Shown: positions 10,226-20,548 of the stretch, in pieces
How the letters are laid out: the number at the start of each line of letters is the position of its first letter
How positions within the stretch are numbered: position 1 is the first letter of the stretch
Program-made: the position numbers and the translations under genes
Source: an uncultured virus (IMG/VR IMGVR_UViG_3300037242_000028)
Lineage: Duplodnaviria; Heunggongvirae; Uroviricota; Caudoviricetes
DNA length: 64,000 nucleotides
Virus record (IMG/VR): IMGVR_UViG_3300037242_000028
Direction: 5' to 3' (one strand)
Notes under the pieces: model-generated
The model's input: only the letters and a program-made list of their open reading frames with translations
Database searches by the model: none
Told to the model about the DNA's origin: nothing

Positions 10226-10604
10226 CGTTTACGACGTTATCGACGGCGAACGCGATTACCAAAACAAGAAGCACGGTGCTGACGCGACCGGCACATCATC
10301 AACGCCGCCACTGACACATTTCGTGAACTTGTTGATCGAATTCACCGACAAGCTCGCAGTCGATGTGACGGTGGAAAGCCCGTCTCCGTCAAACGGCACA
10401 AGTGGGCCGCTCAAGCGGCTCCGCGAGATTGCGGCCATCGCCATTCACGCGATGGAGCACCACGGTGCGCAGCCGCGCGAGAACCATGTGCCGGTAAGCG
10501 CCGGTATCACCGGCGTGTTGAAGGCGACTGCCAAGGGCGACACGACGCGGCAGAGCCAGTGGCAAACCTCGCGGTCTCCATTGCCTTCATGCGGCAGGAG
10601 ATGA
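10185..10604 (+). CDS. all-alpha NTP-pyrophosphatase (MazG)-like phage protein
   Basis: IDGERDYQNKKHG and LREIAAIAIHAME helices. Confidence 0.45.
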   Translation: MTNQLPTRPVARDSVYDVIDGERDYQNKKHGADATGTSSTPPLTHFVNLLIEFTDKLAVDVTVESPSPSNGTSGPLKRLREIAAIAIHAMEHHGAQPRENHVPVSAGITGVLKATAKGDTTRQSQWQTSRSPLPSCGRR

Positions 10605-10712
10605 AGCACCTAATCGCCAGCGGTGCCGACACGACGCGCACGTACACGGGCGATCAACCGACCGAAGCATTCCCGGCAGCGACGGCGTAAATGCCGACTC
10701 TAGGAGGCGGCC

Positions 10713-11228
10713 GTGACCGTAATTACTTGGCGCTCCGGGGTTATGTGTTGCGACTCTTGTTGGTCGAGCGCCGGGACGCAAACCGTCAGTATGATAAAGA
10801 TCAAGCGCCTCGCGTCGGGCGCTTTATTAGGGACTGCTGGCGACAACGATGATCGCGATATGGTTCGGTTACTCGATAAGATAAAAACCCCTGACAAACT
10901 TCCAACACGCGCGGAACTGATCGCGCTCAAAATTGACTTCGCCGGGCTGATCGCATTTCTGCGCGGCGGCGTGTGGATGCTCGCGACCGGCAAGGTTGAT
11001 GACGCGGGCTATCCCGACGACGATGACGACGACATGGGCGTATGGCCCGCCGCGACAATCGGGGGCTACGCCGCGTGTGGCTCCGGCGGCGACTTCGCGC
11101 TCGCCGCCATGGACGCTGGCGCAACGGCGCGCCAAGCCGCCGAGATTGCCTGTAAACGCAGCATCCATTGCAGGCCGCCGGTCCATGTTCGCAAGTTGTT
11201 CGATGCCAATCAGAAGAAACCAAAGTGA
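10713..11228 (+). CDS. proteasome beta/HslV-like Ntn-hydrolase peptidase
   Basis: Thr at position 2, CDS, GTAG, GSGGDFALAAMDAGATARQAAEIA. Confidence 0.75.
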   Translation: MTVITWRSGVMCCDSCWSSAGTQTVSMIKIKRLASGALLGTAGDNDDRDMVRLLDKIKTPDKLPTRAELIALKIDFAGLIAFLRGGVWMLATGKVDDAGYPDDDDDDMGVWPAATIGGYAACGSGGDFALAAMDAGATARQAAEIACKRSIHCRPPVHVRKLFDANQKKPK

Positions 11229-11463
11229 GCATTTTTCATTTGCGCGGGGCCGCAACCTACAAGGCGCTCATGAAGCGCGGCAAAGCCGATCTAGTGAACA
11301 CCTACCTCTCGATGCTCGATGCGTGCGCCCCGGCGACTTCCGACGCCTGTCAGGCACGGGATATTCTTCGGAAAACTGAGGCAAAGCTCTTGACGCCGAT
11401 CCAAGAATTAGGCTTACTCCGCCGATGGTATGAAGGCACCAAGCACCTGATCGGAAGCGACTC

Positions 11464-11790
11464 ATGACCTTGAACATCCCGCCGCCGCTTGTCGATTTGC
11501 TCAACAAGACTGAGCCCGGATGGATCGTGTTCGCCCACATGGTTCCGACACGCATCTTTCGAGTCGCCGCGCATGAGACCTTCAAGACGTTCCGTGTCGA
11601 GCAATTCACGCGGACCAACAGCGATAACATGAACCCGCAGGGAACGTGGTTCACCAAAAGTACGCACGGGAGCGACGTGCCCGGTCAGATGCTAAAGACC
11701 GCGTGCGACGCGGCCACTAAGGCGCAAAACGATTTCATCGCAAAGATGAATAAGAAATACGCGCCGAAGAAGAAGTTGTTACGAGCATGA
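11464..11790 (+). CDS. hypothetical phage protein
   Basis: ATGA-coupled ORF in the operon. Confidence 0.55.
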   Translation: MTLNIPPPLVDLLNKTEPGWIVFAHMVPTRIFRVAAHETFKTFRVEQFTRTNSDNMNPQGTWFTKSTHGSDVPGQMLKTACDAATKAQNDFIAKMNKKYAPKKKLLRA

Positions 11791-12462
11791 CCCGTCTCCC
11801 GTGGATCACAGTTCGCGACCCGCTTTGCAAGGTCTCCGTGTTCATGAAGCACGACGGCTCGGCGCAGGCGGTCGTCATGTCGAACAATCTGCGCACTATC
11901 ATGATGGAAATTCCCAAACCCCCGAGAGACGAGAGCATCGTGGTCAAGCGATTGCCTGATGGATGCGTTGAAGTCGTGTACGAGGAGGACTCCAAGTGAG
12001 CGGCCACACTGAGGACAGCGAAATGTACGCACCGCGCTGTACGTGCGGCGGGTCAAAATCCGGGCACGATGCGGGATGCGCCTTGAGTCCCGAAGCGCCA
12101 CGCTATCCGATTGACTCAGCCCGCGCGCTCAAGAAGGCCGCGTGGTACACCCTGCATGAGCGAAAGATCGCCGCCATCGAAATCACCGAGACGGTCAGTG
12201 ATGTGAGCACCACAACCAGATATGAGTTTGAGTAATGGCCCAAAGTCAAATACTTGACCCGATCAAGGCACAGCTACACGACAAGATTGCGCCGCTCTTG
12301 ACGGCGGCGCGTCAGAATTTCCTTCCGGGATGCAAGCTCACGCTCATAGTGCGTTTGCCGGGAGTCATCGACCGCGATTGCATTATCAGCGATGACGATC
12401 TTGATGAAGTTCACCGGCTCGTCCAGCGCAAGCTCCGCGTTCCTGTTGATAGTAGGTGACCA

Positions 12463-13791
12463 GTGGCACACGCAAAACTCAGTCCGTCATCCGCTAAAAG
12501 GTGGATGAACTGTCCCGGCAGTATCGCCAAGATCGGCGACGAGCCGAGCACGGCTGGAATGCCCGCGATGATGGGCACGGCCGCGCACAAGGTTGTCGAG
12601 TACATGCTGCAAAACGGCAAGACCAACGCAGCCGAATTCCAAGGGTACATCGTGCAGGTCGTGAAGGCCGGTGATGAGGAGTCACTGATCTTCGAGCCGG
12701 GCGACCCGTTGGCACTGTCGGCGAAGCCCGGATGGTTCGCGTTCCTCGTCAATGACGAAATGGTCTATGGCGTGCAGGTCATGATCGACGAGGTTGAGCG
12801 CGTGCGCGCCGAAATGATGGAGCCGGTGCTATTCACCGAACGCTATCTCGACGGTTCGTGGCTCGACAAGCGACTCGGCGGCACGGCTGACGTGACACTG
12901 GTCGAAGAACTCGTCGATTGGGTACACCTGTTCGATTACAAGAATGGCCGCGTCATCGTTGAAGTGACCGACGAACAGATGAAAAACTACGCCGTATTCT
13001 TGCTCCATGAACATCCCGACGCGCTCGGCGTCGTCGTGCATCTTGTGCAGCCGAACGCACAGCACGAGGAGGGCGTCATTCGCATTGTGACGTACTCCGT
13101 TGACGAGCTAAAGCTGTTCGAGTTGCAGATGAAAGCGGCGGCCGACGCCACATCCGCGCCGAACGCGCCGCTGCGCGCTGGCGCTCACTGCATTTATTGC
13201 CCGGCCAAGACATACTGCGAGGCGTTCGAGGGTCTCGCCAAGGCCGAAGCATACGCCGACTTCGCGGAGGACCCGCCGGAAGATGCGCTGCCGGTGCCGA
13301 CGCTGGTCGAGGACATGCAGGGATCGGGCACTGAGGCTTACGCGGACGCCGACGCCTACCGTGCGGCTCTTGAACGCAAGGCGCGTTGGGTGCCGATGCT
13401 CGACCAGTTTGGGCGGGAAGTCCACGCGCGCATTCAAGCCGAGCTAATGAACGGGCGGAAGGTCGGCGATTGGAAGCTGGTACGCGGCAAAAGCAACCGA
13501 GCTTGGTCGCCGAGCGAGACCACGGCGCAGACGGTGTTCAATAACAAGTGGGGCATCCCCGACGAATTCCTGTTCAACGCGCCGAAGATGAAGTCGCCAG
13601 CGCAAATCGAAAAGACTGTGGTGCCGGGCGTGAACAAAAAGACGGTCAAGGACATCGTGGCGTCTCTTGCCAAAAAGCCGCTTGGTAAGGTAGTAATAGC
13701 CCCGGGCAGCGATGCGCGCGAAGCCATTGACGCGGGGCTGGTCGGTGCCGACGATTTCGCCGCAGACCCAATAGAGGATTTTGAGCCATGA
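12463..13791 (+). CDS. DUF2800 Cas4-like PD-(D/E)XK exonuclease
   Basis: HAKLSPSSAKRWMNCPGS, GTAAH, GGTAD, DYKNG, CIYCPAKTYC, KLVRGKSNR, SPAQIEK. Confidence 0.9.
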   Translation: MAHAKLSPSSAKRWMNCPGSIAKIGDEPSTAGMPAMMGTAAHKVVEYMLQNGKTNAAEFQGYIVQVVKAGDEESLIFEPGDPLALSAKPGWFAFLVNDEMVYGVQVMIDEVERVRAEMMEPVLFTERYLDGSWLDKRLGGTADVTLVEELVDWVHLFDYKNGRVIVEVTDEQMKNYAVFLLHEHPDALGVVVHLVQPNAQHEEGVIRIVTYSVDELKLFELQMKAAADATSAPNAPLRAGAHCIYCPAKTYCEAFEGLAKAEAYADFAEDPPEDALPVPTLVEDMQGSGTEAYADADAYRAALERKARWVPMLDQFGREVHARIQAELMNGRKVGDWKLVRGKSNRAWSPSETTAQTVFNNKWGIPDEFLFNAPKMKSPAQIEKTVVPGVNKKTVKDIVASLAKKPLGKVVIAPGSDAREAIDAGLVGADDFAADPIEDFEP

Positions 13792-13941
13792 TGGTCGTCC
13801 GCACGCTTCGTCGGGAAAAGTCGCTCATGAGATATACCAATTGCTCGCCGAGCAAGGTTCGGCGCTACACCGGCAAGCTCAAGCCCCGATGCAATGGGGG
13901 ACTCGGCTGCTACAAATGTTGGTCAAAATGGGAGGCCACAA

Positions 13942-14211
13942 ATGATACCCGTGGAAATCAAAGGCGGAAACGCCAACTTCTCAAAGCCGATTGTTTGGGA
14001 CGATGAACTAGACGGCCCGTGTGGAGTCCTGTCGGTGCGGAGAGCGCCGTATGGCCGCTACAGCGAGCACTCTAGCAACTGGAAGCCCGACGCGGAGGAA
14101 TTGAAACTCCTCAATAGCGGGGGAGTGGTCGAGCTTTGTTGTGTCGGCGTCCAGCCGCCCGTTTCAGTCTCCGTCGTCGATCAGTACATCAAGGGCGACC
14201 GTGGCGTATGA
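13942..14211 (+). CDS. conserved small phage protein
   Basis: GGAGG RBS. WD...GPCGVL...S.WKP..EEL..LN.GG.V.L...G.QPPVSV. Confidence 0.65.
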   Translation: MIPVEIKGGNANFSKPIVWDDELDGPCGVLSVRRAPYGRYSEHSSNWKPDAEELKLLNSGGVVELCCVGVQPPVSVSVVDQYIKGDRGV

Positions 14212-14822
14212 TGGACAACCGCCGCACATTTCTCAGTCGCGCGCTCACCATGGGTTTGATCTATGGCGTGGGGACACGTCTTGTGCGGGCGCAAGGCGGC
14301 CCCGGCTATTATTTGAGCCCCGCGCAACTGGTTGACCGCTACGGCCCGGTCGTCGAAATACCGCAGTCTCAATCCGATTGGTTCGAGAAGCTGAAACGGC
14401 CTGATGTCGCCGCCGGTCATCCACACGCGCCCAACGACGTGATGGCGACGGCAGTAAGTTGTTGCTCCGCCGGGGACGCGTACCCGATTGAAATTATAAA
14501 GAATGCCACTCCTCCGCATGGTGGCACGGCAGAGAATGGCATTGCGCTAGTCACCGACACGTCTAAGCGGCAACTGATGGTCGGTCAGCGCAATGAGAAC
14601 GGCTCCATTTACAGAAGCACCAAATTTCGGCAAGAATTGAAAACGATAAATCCCGCTTTTGCCGCACCCGAAGTCGATCCGTTCGCTTTCAAGTTTTCGA
14701 GCGACCGGGTGACGCGCGAGGTTGATGGCAACCCGACAGATACCGCGTGGGTGTTCTTTCGCGTGACATACGTCAATGCCGATTTCGTTTATTGCGTCGT
14801 TCCCCTCCCGCCGAGTGCATGA
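14208..14822 (+). CDS. Tat-signal exported Cys-containing protein
   Basis: NRRTFL, hydrophobic stretch, VRA cleavage site. SCC, GNPT and YCVVP motifs. Confidence 0.6.
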   Translation: MMDNRRTFLSRALTMGLIYGVGTRLVRAQGGPGYYLSPAQLVDRYGPVVEIPQSQSDWFEKLKRPDVAAGHPHAPNDVMATAVSCCSAGDAYPIEIIKNATPPHGGTAENGIALVTDTSKRQLMVGQRNENGSIYRSTKFRQELKTINPAFAAPEVDPFAFKFSSDRVTREVDGNPTDTAWVFFRVTYVNADFVYCVVPLPPSA

Positions 14823-15353
14823 CATGCCGTTTGGCCCGCTCAGAAATATGTCGGACATCGACTTGATCGGCGAGCTTCGACGCCGCAAGCGCATCCGCGT
14901 TGTCACTAGCACCACCACGTTTTATAACGAGTTTAGCGAGGACTCGAAGTACACGGAGACGATGGACTCCGAGCTTGTGAAGAATATCGCTCGTTCGTTG
15001 TTGAACGATCTTCGCGTCAACTTCGACGACCGCGTGGTTTTGTTCGACGCCGACGACCGACCTGTACGCTCAACGCGTACAGCAACGCTCGCGGTTCTTA
15101 TAGCGGAGGACGCCGGTGACTGAGTGCGTTGGATGCGCGGAGCGCCGCGAGAAAATAAAGGCGCACATGAAAGCCATGATCGAGTGGGTAAAGAACCCGT
15201 CAGGAATGCCTAATCCAACATCGCTCAAAGTGCCGCCGCCACCCCAAATCCACCGCAGACCGAATAAAGCGAAAAAGGATATTAGTCCTTGACGGCGTTC
15301 GAGAATTCGTGTCTTACAACACTGTCAAGTGAAACAGCGAAAAAGGTGTAAAC

Positions 15354-16007
15354 ATGGCTAAGACCGAACGAGTACGCTTGCTGACTCCGATGTTCCGGGC
15401 ATCTTTCCCGGACGTGTTTCAGAAGCGAGTTTTTCAAGGCCAAGGCGAGGAGAGCGGGCGCTACGCCTGCGCTGCCCTGTTCTCGGGCTTTGAAGTGAAG
15501 GACGGCCGAACCATCATCATCGTCCCGGGAGTATGGGTCTCCAAGGATCAAGAGAAGTGGAAGGCCCTGATCGCGGCCTGTAACAAGGTCTCGATTGAAA
15601 TGTTCAAGAAGCCGATGTCCGAACTGGACCGCTCGGTTTTCAAGTTGCCGTTCCACCGTGGCGAAGAAAAGGAATATCAGGGCTACGGCCCGGGTGTTGT
15701 CTACGTCACGATGTCGGCGAAGAACATCAAGCCCACCGTCGTCGGTCGTGACCTGACGACTCCGCTAGGCCCCGAAGATTTCTACGCCGGTTGCTTCGCA
15801 CGCGCGTCGGTGACGCCGTTTGCGTTCAACAACATCGGCAAGGGCATCGCGCTCGGCTTGAACCACCTTCAAAAGTTGAAGGATGGCGAACGTCTCGATA
15901 GCTTCCGGTCAGCCGAGGACGATTTCGGCTCCGATCCGGCAGAGTTCGAGGAGGAGGCCGCCGACGCTGGCGAAGCCGAGGCCGCCGCCGCCGAGGACTT
16001 CGATTAA
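15354..16007 (+). CDS. DUF2815 / gp2.5-like single-stranded DNA-binding protein
   Basis: RASFPDVF, FYAGCFARAS, KGIALGLNHLQKLKDGERL, acidic tail ending DFD. Confidence 0.9.
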   Translation: MAKTERVRLLTPMFRASFPDVFQKRVFQGQGEESGRYACAALFSGFEVKDGRTIIIVPGVWVSKDQEKWKALIAACNKVSIEMFKKPMSELDRSVFKLPFHRGEEKEYQGYGPGVVYVTMSAKNIKPTVVGRDLTTPLGPEDFYAGCFARASVTPFAFNNIGKGIALGLNHLQKLKDGERLDSFRSAEDDFGSDPAEFEEEAADAGEAEAAAAEDFD

Positions 16008-16397
16008 CGAACACAGCGATGCGCGCCGGTCGGCCGACCGGCGCGTTTCGTTGCTAGGCTTCTCGACTGGCTCCCCTGCGTCCGGGTTATTCTCCGGGCC
16101 TCCGGCGGGAAAGGAGTCGAGAAACTGACACGGAACGGATCGCGGTGGGTCGCCCATGGTCACTTCGCCGCGTTCCGTTCCATTTTCGGGAGGCTGGAAT
16201 GGCGTCACCGCAAGCAAACACAAAAATAGAGCGCGCTGTCGAGGCCGTTGAGAGTCTGACGGTCGCCGTCGTCGCCGCGCAACGCGGCAAGCGGGACGAA
16301 AGCGTCATGCGCTTCACCAACGTGAAGGACGCGCGCCAAGAGCTACGCGACGCGTTCTCCGAATTCATCACGCCAACACTACGGATAGTCAGCAACA

Positions 16398-16877
16398 ATG
16401 ACGCTGCTTAAGTCGCCTGCCGTTGCCGGTCGTGGCGACATGCTCCTGAAATACCCGGAGCTTATCGACGATTACGACCCGAGCTTGCTGCCAGCGCAGC
16501 CGTATGTCGCGGTGCATTTGGGCGCGTCAACGCCGAACAAAATCCCGCCGAACCCGAGCGTGCTGACGCGCGGTCTGCTTCTGGCGGGTGTTCATTTCGT
16601 GCTGGTCGGCAACGAGGCCCGCGACCTGCCGCCGATCCTCCGACTCCATATCGACGTGGTGAAGCGCGCCCGCAAGTTCATTGGTACGCTGAGCGTGTTC
16701 AATTGCGTCGCGCAGATAAAGAAGATACCGTCGCTTGTGCTCGTCAATCGCGCCGTCAAAGACCCGTCGATCTATGCGCTGATGCACGCGAACAACGCGA
16801 AGATCATCGAATGGAATAATGGGTCTTATTCGCATGCGCAAATCTACCACTACGCCGTGGAGTGGGCTCAGCAATGA
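16398..16877 (+). CDS. GT-B (GT9-like) glycosyltransferase C-terminal-domain protein
   Basis: VAVHLGAS..NK, FVLVG, FIGTLS...VAQIKKIPSLVL. Confidence 0.55.
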   Translation: MTLLKSPAVAGRGDMLLKYPELIDDYDPSLLPAQPYVAVHLGASTPNKIPPNPSVLTRGLLLAGVHFVLVGNEARDLPPILRLHIDVVKRARKFIGTLSVFNCVAQIKKIPSLVLVNRAVKDPSIYALMHANNAKIIEWNNGSYSHAQIYHYAVEWAQQ

Positions 16878-19195
16878 TTACGTTCGACTTCGAGACTCGG
16901 GGCGTCGTCGATCTGACCAAAATGGGCGCGACGCGATATGCGACCGATAAGGACACGTCGGCGCTGTGTGCTTGTTGGGTTTACGATGATGAGGAGAAAG
17001 TTCATCTCTGGCATCGTGCGCACTTCAACCCGGACGGCTCAAAGTGGTGCGAGAAATCGGATCGCCCCGACGAACTGATCGAGCGCGTCAAGTCCGGGGA
17101 ATTGTTCGAGGCTCACAACGCCAAGTTCGAGTTTTTGATCTGGAATAATGCACTCACGCGCGAGTTTCCCGAATTTGATGTCAAGTTGCAGATGGAGCAA
17201 ATGCGGTGCTCTGCCGCCAAGGCGTCCTGTCTCTCGCTGCGCCGCAAGTTAGGCGACGCGGCCAATGACATCGGGCTGACCGAGCGTAAGGACACTGACG
17301 GTCAGAGGCTTATCAACAAGCTCTCGAAGCCGATGAAAAAGAAGAAGGGTCAGACCGAGACAACGTGGTGCGAGGAGCAAATCGAGCACGAACGCAACTG
17401 GAACTACTGCAAGCAAGACGTGCGCACCGAGCGCGCGCTATCAAAATGGTGCGACGAACAGACCGCGCCCGATCCACCCATGTCGCAGCGCGAGTTAGAT
17501 TTTTGGTTCATGGACTTCCGCATGAACTTGCACGGCGTCAAGCTCGACGCGACAGCGGCCGAGGAAGCCATCAAGCTATGCTCGCGGGAAGTCGAGCGAC
17601 TCGACGCCGAGATGCAAGAGATAACCGGCGGGGAAGTGCTCGGCGGCTCGAAGCGTATCCCATTCCGCAAGTGGGCGAACGAACGCCTCGTCGAAATCGG
17701 CGCGCCGCCAATCGAGAACACCAAGGCCGACACGCTAAGCTTCCGTTTATTCGGGGTCCCGACCAAGGCCGCAGAGGAAGCTAAAGCTGCGCGGAAGGAC
17801 GAAATGGAGGCCCAATGGCAGGGCTTTGGAGATAAAGGTGCGCAGGTCAAGCGCGCCTTCGAGATTTGCCTTGAAGTCAATCGGTCGTCGGTCGCCAAAT
17901 TCCGGCAGATGAAGGGAAGTGTTTGCCCGGACGGCCGCCTGCACGACATCATGCTCTACAACGGAGCCGACCGCACGGGACGGTGGAGCGGCCAAGGTGT
18001 GCAGCCGCACAATTTCGTGCGAGGCTACATGAAGGAGATGGGGCAAGAGACGCCGGTCGATAAGGATCGCCCCGAACTTGGTATGAAGCCGAGCGTGTGG
18101 GACTCGCTCCTCACGCTCGACCTTGACTACATCACCCTGATCGAAGGCCCGGCGCTGCCCGTGCTCGCCAAGGCGTGCCGTGGCGCGCTGATCGCCAGCG
18201 ACGGCTACGAGCTATACGCTGCCGACTTCAAAGCCATTGAGGCGCGCAAGCTCGCATGGATGGCATCATGTACGTCTCAACTCTCGCTATTCCGCAGCGG
18301 CGGCGACCCGTACCTCGCGATGGCGATGGCGATTTACAGCCGCGAGCTAACGAAGAAGGACAAGGCCGAACGCCAACTCGGTAAGAAGGCCGTGCTCGGT
18401 CTAGGGTATGCGATGGGGTGGGAGAAATTCCAAGCGACCGTGTGGGCCGAGGAGGGTATTTGGCTCGACGACGCATTCTGCAAGAAGGTCGTCCACATCT
18501 ATCGCAAGATCACATGCCCCGAAATGCCGATCTTGTGGAAGGCGGTTGAGAAGGCCGCCATCGACGCCACGCAAAATCCCGGTCAAGAGTTTTGGGCGGG
18601 CGGCGATCCGCTGACGGGCTACGGCACGGTCTCTTATTTTACCAACGGCCGCTTCCTACATTGTCGTTTGCCGAGCGGCCGGTTGCTGGCGTATCTCGAC
18701 CCGGAAGTTCATACGAAAGTGAATTATCGCTTTCGGGCCAAGAATGAACGCGACACGGACTGCGTGGTCATGTTCCCGGCGAAGATGGGCGTACCCATGA
18801 ACCGCGTCATGCGCCATGCCGAGCTTATGGCGGAGCGGAGCCGCAAGACACTGACCGGCGATCCTCCCGAGTCCTTCACGACGCCGCACTTGTCCTTTAT
18901 GGGCCGCCACATCATCACGAAAGAGTGGAAGCGGCTCGGCACTCACGGCGGGTCCCTCACGGAGAACGCTGACCAAGCTAGTTCGCGAGACCTTCTCGCC
19001 GAAGCGATGTGGCGGGTTGACCAGCACGGAGATTTCGATCTACTCTTGAGCATTCACGACGAAGTTATCGCGGAAGCCCCCGAAGGAACGATGGCGGTAT
19101 CAGCCTTTGAAGCTCTTGTGAGCGAGGTTCCCATATGGGCGAACACGATGCCGGTCGAAGCAGAGGGGTGGATCGGCCCACGGCTGCGGAAATGA
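16874..19195 (+). CDS. polA: DNA polymerase family A with 3'-5' exonuclease
   Basis: DFET, AHNAKFE, YCKQDV, RTGRWS, ADFKAIEAR, RQLGKKAVLGLGYAMG, SIHDEV. Confidence 0.95.
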   Translation: MITFDFETRGVVDLTKMGATRYATDKDTSALCACWVYDDEEKVHLWHRAHFNPDGSKWCEKSDRPDELIERVKSGELFEAHNAKFEFLIWNNALTREFPEFDVKLQMEQMRCSAAKASCLSLRRKLGDAANDIGLTERKDTDGQRLINKLSKPMKKKKGQTETTWCEEQIEHERNWNYCKQDVRTERALSKWCDEQTAPDPPMSQRELDFWFMDFRMNLHGVKLDATAAEEAIKLCSREVERLDAEMQEITGGEVLGGSKRIPFRKWANERLVEIGAPPIENTKADTLSFRLFGVPTKAAEEAKAARKDEMEAQWQGFGDKGAQVKRAFEICLEVNRSSVAKFRQMKGSVCPDGRLHDIMLYNGADRTGRWSGQGVQPHNFVRGYMKEMGQETPVDKDRPELGMKPSVWDSLLTLDLDYITLIEGPALPVLAKACRGALIASDGYELYAADFKAIEARKLAWMASCTSQLSLFRSGGDPYLAMAMAIYSRELTKKDKAERQLGKKAVLGLGYAMGWEKFQATVWAEEGIWLDDAFCKKVVHIYRKITCPEMPILWKAVEKAAIDATQNPGQEFWAGGDPLTGYGTVSYFTNGRFLHCRLPSGRLLAYLDPEVHTKVNYRFRAKNERDTDCVVMFPAKMGVPMNRVMRHAELMAERSRKTLTGDPPESFTTPHLSFMGRHIITKEWKRLGTHGGSLTENADQASSRDLLAEAMWRVDQHGDFDLLLSIHDEVIAEAPEGTMAVSAFEALVSEVPIWANTMPVEAEGWIGPRLRK

Positions 19196-19547
19196 ATGAG
19201 GCTATAGCCATTCCCGAGAGTGTCACTCCCGAGGGCCTGCGCGCCCGCGCGGACATCGTGCGCAAGTCTTTCGGCGACGAAAGCTGCGCTCGCCACCTTG
19301 AACTGGCGGCGAATGAGATACTGAGGCTCAACATAAAGTGCAATAGTTGCACCGCCGACGCGGAAGCCGTTGACGACAAGTTGGAAGGGAACCGCTATAA
19401 GACCGCGATTGAGAAAAAGCTCAAAGAGCTTCGGCTCACCGTGATGCACGGCCCGAAGGTACTCGGCTATTTGGATTTCACCGTCGATCAAGCCTACGAC
19501 TTTGGCACGGGCATCCTGCGCCTGTACGACGAGCTAGAGGGCATTTA

Positions 19548-20087
19548 ATGAGAGTCCCCAATTTCGTGCTCAATTTCGTGAAAAAGAAATTGATGCCGTT
19601 GACTGCCAAATTGCCGGACGAAATCATTGGGCCGGGCTACCGCTGGCGCAAGAACAGCGGGGAGCCGCCGGGCAAGCTCCACAAGCCGTTCCTCAAGCGA
19701 TGGTTCGTTCTCCCGAAGAATACGTGGTGCAACGTCTACCTGCACAAGTTCATGCGCGATGATGAGGACAGAGCAAAACACGATCATCCGTGGCCTAACG
19801 CCTCGCTTCTGTTAGTGGGTCGGTATATTGAAGTCACCGGGGACGACGACCGACGCACGATGTATAGTGCGGGGGAATTGAAATTCCGTCGCGCCTCTTA
19901 CGCACACCGGATCGAGTTGGTGCGCACGCGCAAAACCGGCCACAAGCGCACCAAGGCCAAGCGCGAGCGCGGTCAGCCGAGTTGGTCTCTGTTCATTACG
20001 GGTCCCGTCATACGAGGATGGGGTTTCCATTGTCCCGCAGGCTGGCGATCAAACGCCGAATTTCATGAGAGACAGGGATGCGATTAA
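19548..20087 (+). CDS. cupin-like metalloprotein
   Basis: NVYLHKFMRDDEDRAKHDHPW...G.YIE...HRIEL...WSLFITGP...WGF. Confidence 0.7.
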   Translation: MRVPNFVLNFVKKKLMPLTAKLPDEIIGPGYRWRKNSGEPPGKLHKPFLKRWFVLPKNTWCNVYLHKFMRDDEDRAKHDHPWPNASLLLVGRYIEVTGDDDRRTMYSAGELKFRRASYAHRIELVRTRKTGHKRTKAKRERGQPSWSLFITGPVIRGWGFHCPAGWRSNAEFHERQGCD

Positions 20088-20548
20088 AAATATGTAAATG
20101 CGGCGTACAATTTGAGCAAACAGGGATGGACTTCAACTCTCTGTATTGCTCGAAGAAATGTAAAGGCGTGTCTCGTCGAGTGCGGGATAGAAAGTTGCGC
20201 CCTAATGTGGTGCGGCTGCGGAGACGACGGTCATACCTGCACACCAAACAACATCCTGACCGATATGATAAACACCTTGCTTCGACTCGGACCACGCAAC
20301 AACTCGCTAGGAATTGGCTCGCCGCGTATAAGCTATCTCACGGATGTGCTGATTGCGGATACAACGCCCACTCCGCCGCCCTTCAACTCCACCATACCGG
20401 GCCGAAGTCTGTTGAAATTGCGGATGCCCGTTCAAGTATCGCGCGACTCCAAGCCGAAATAGAAAACGGCAAGTGCATCGTGTTGTGCGCTAATTGTCAT
20501 TCGATCCGAACATGGCAACAGAAGCAACTTCTACGGAGAGCCGCATGA
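20078..20548 (+). CDS. HNH endonuclease
   Basis: YCSKKC, CADCG...LQLHH...KCIVLCANCH. Confidence 0.8.
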   Translation: MRLKICKCGVQFEQTGMDFNSLYCSKKCKGVSRRVRDRKLRPNVVRLRRRRSYLHTKQHPDRYDKHLASTRTTQQLARNWLAAYKLSHGCADCGYNAHSAALQLHHTGPKSVEIADARSSIARLQAEIENGKCIVLCANCHSIRTWQQKQLLRRAA

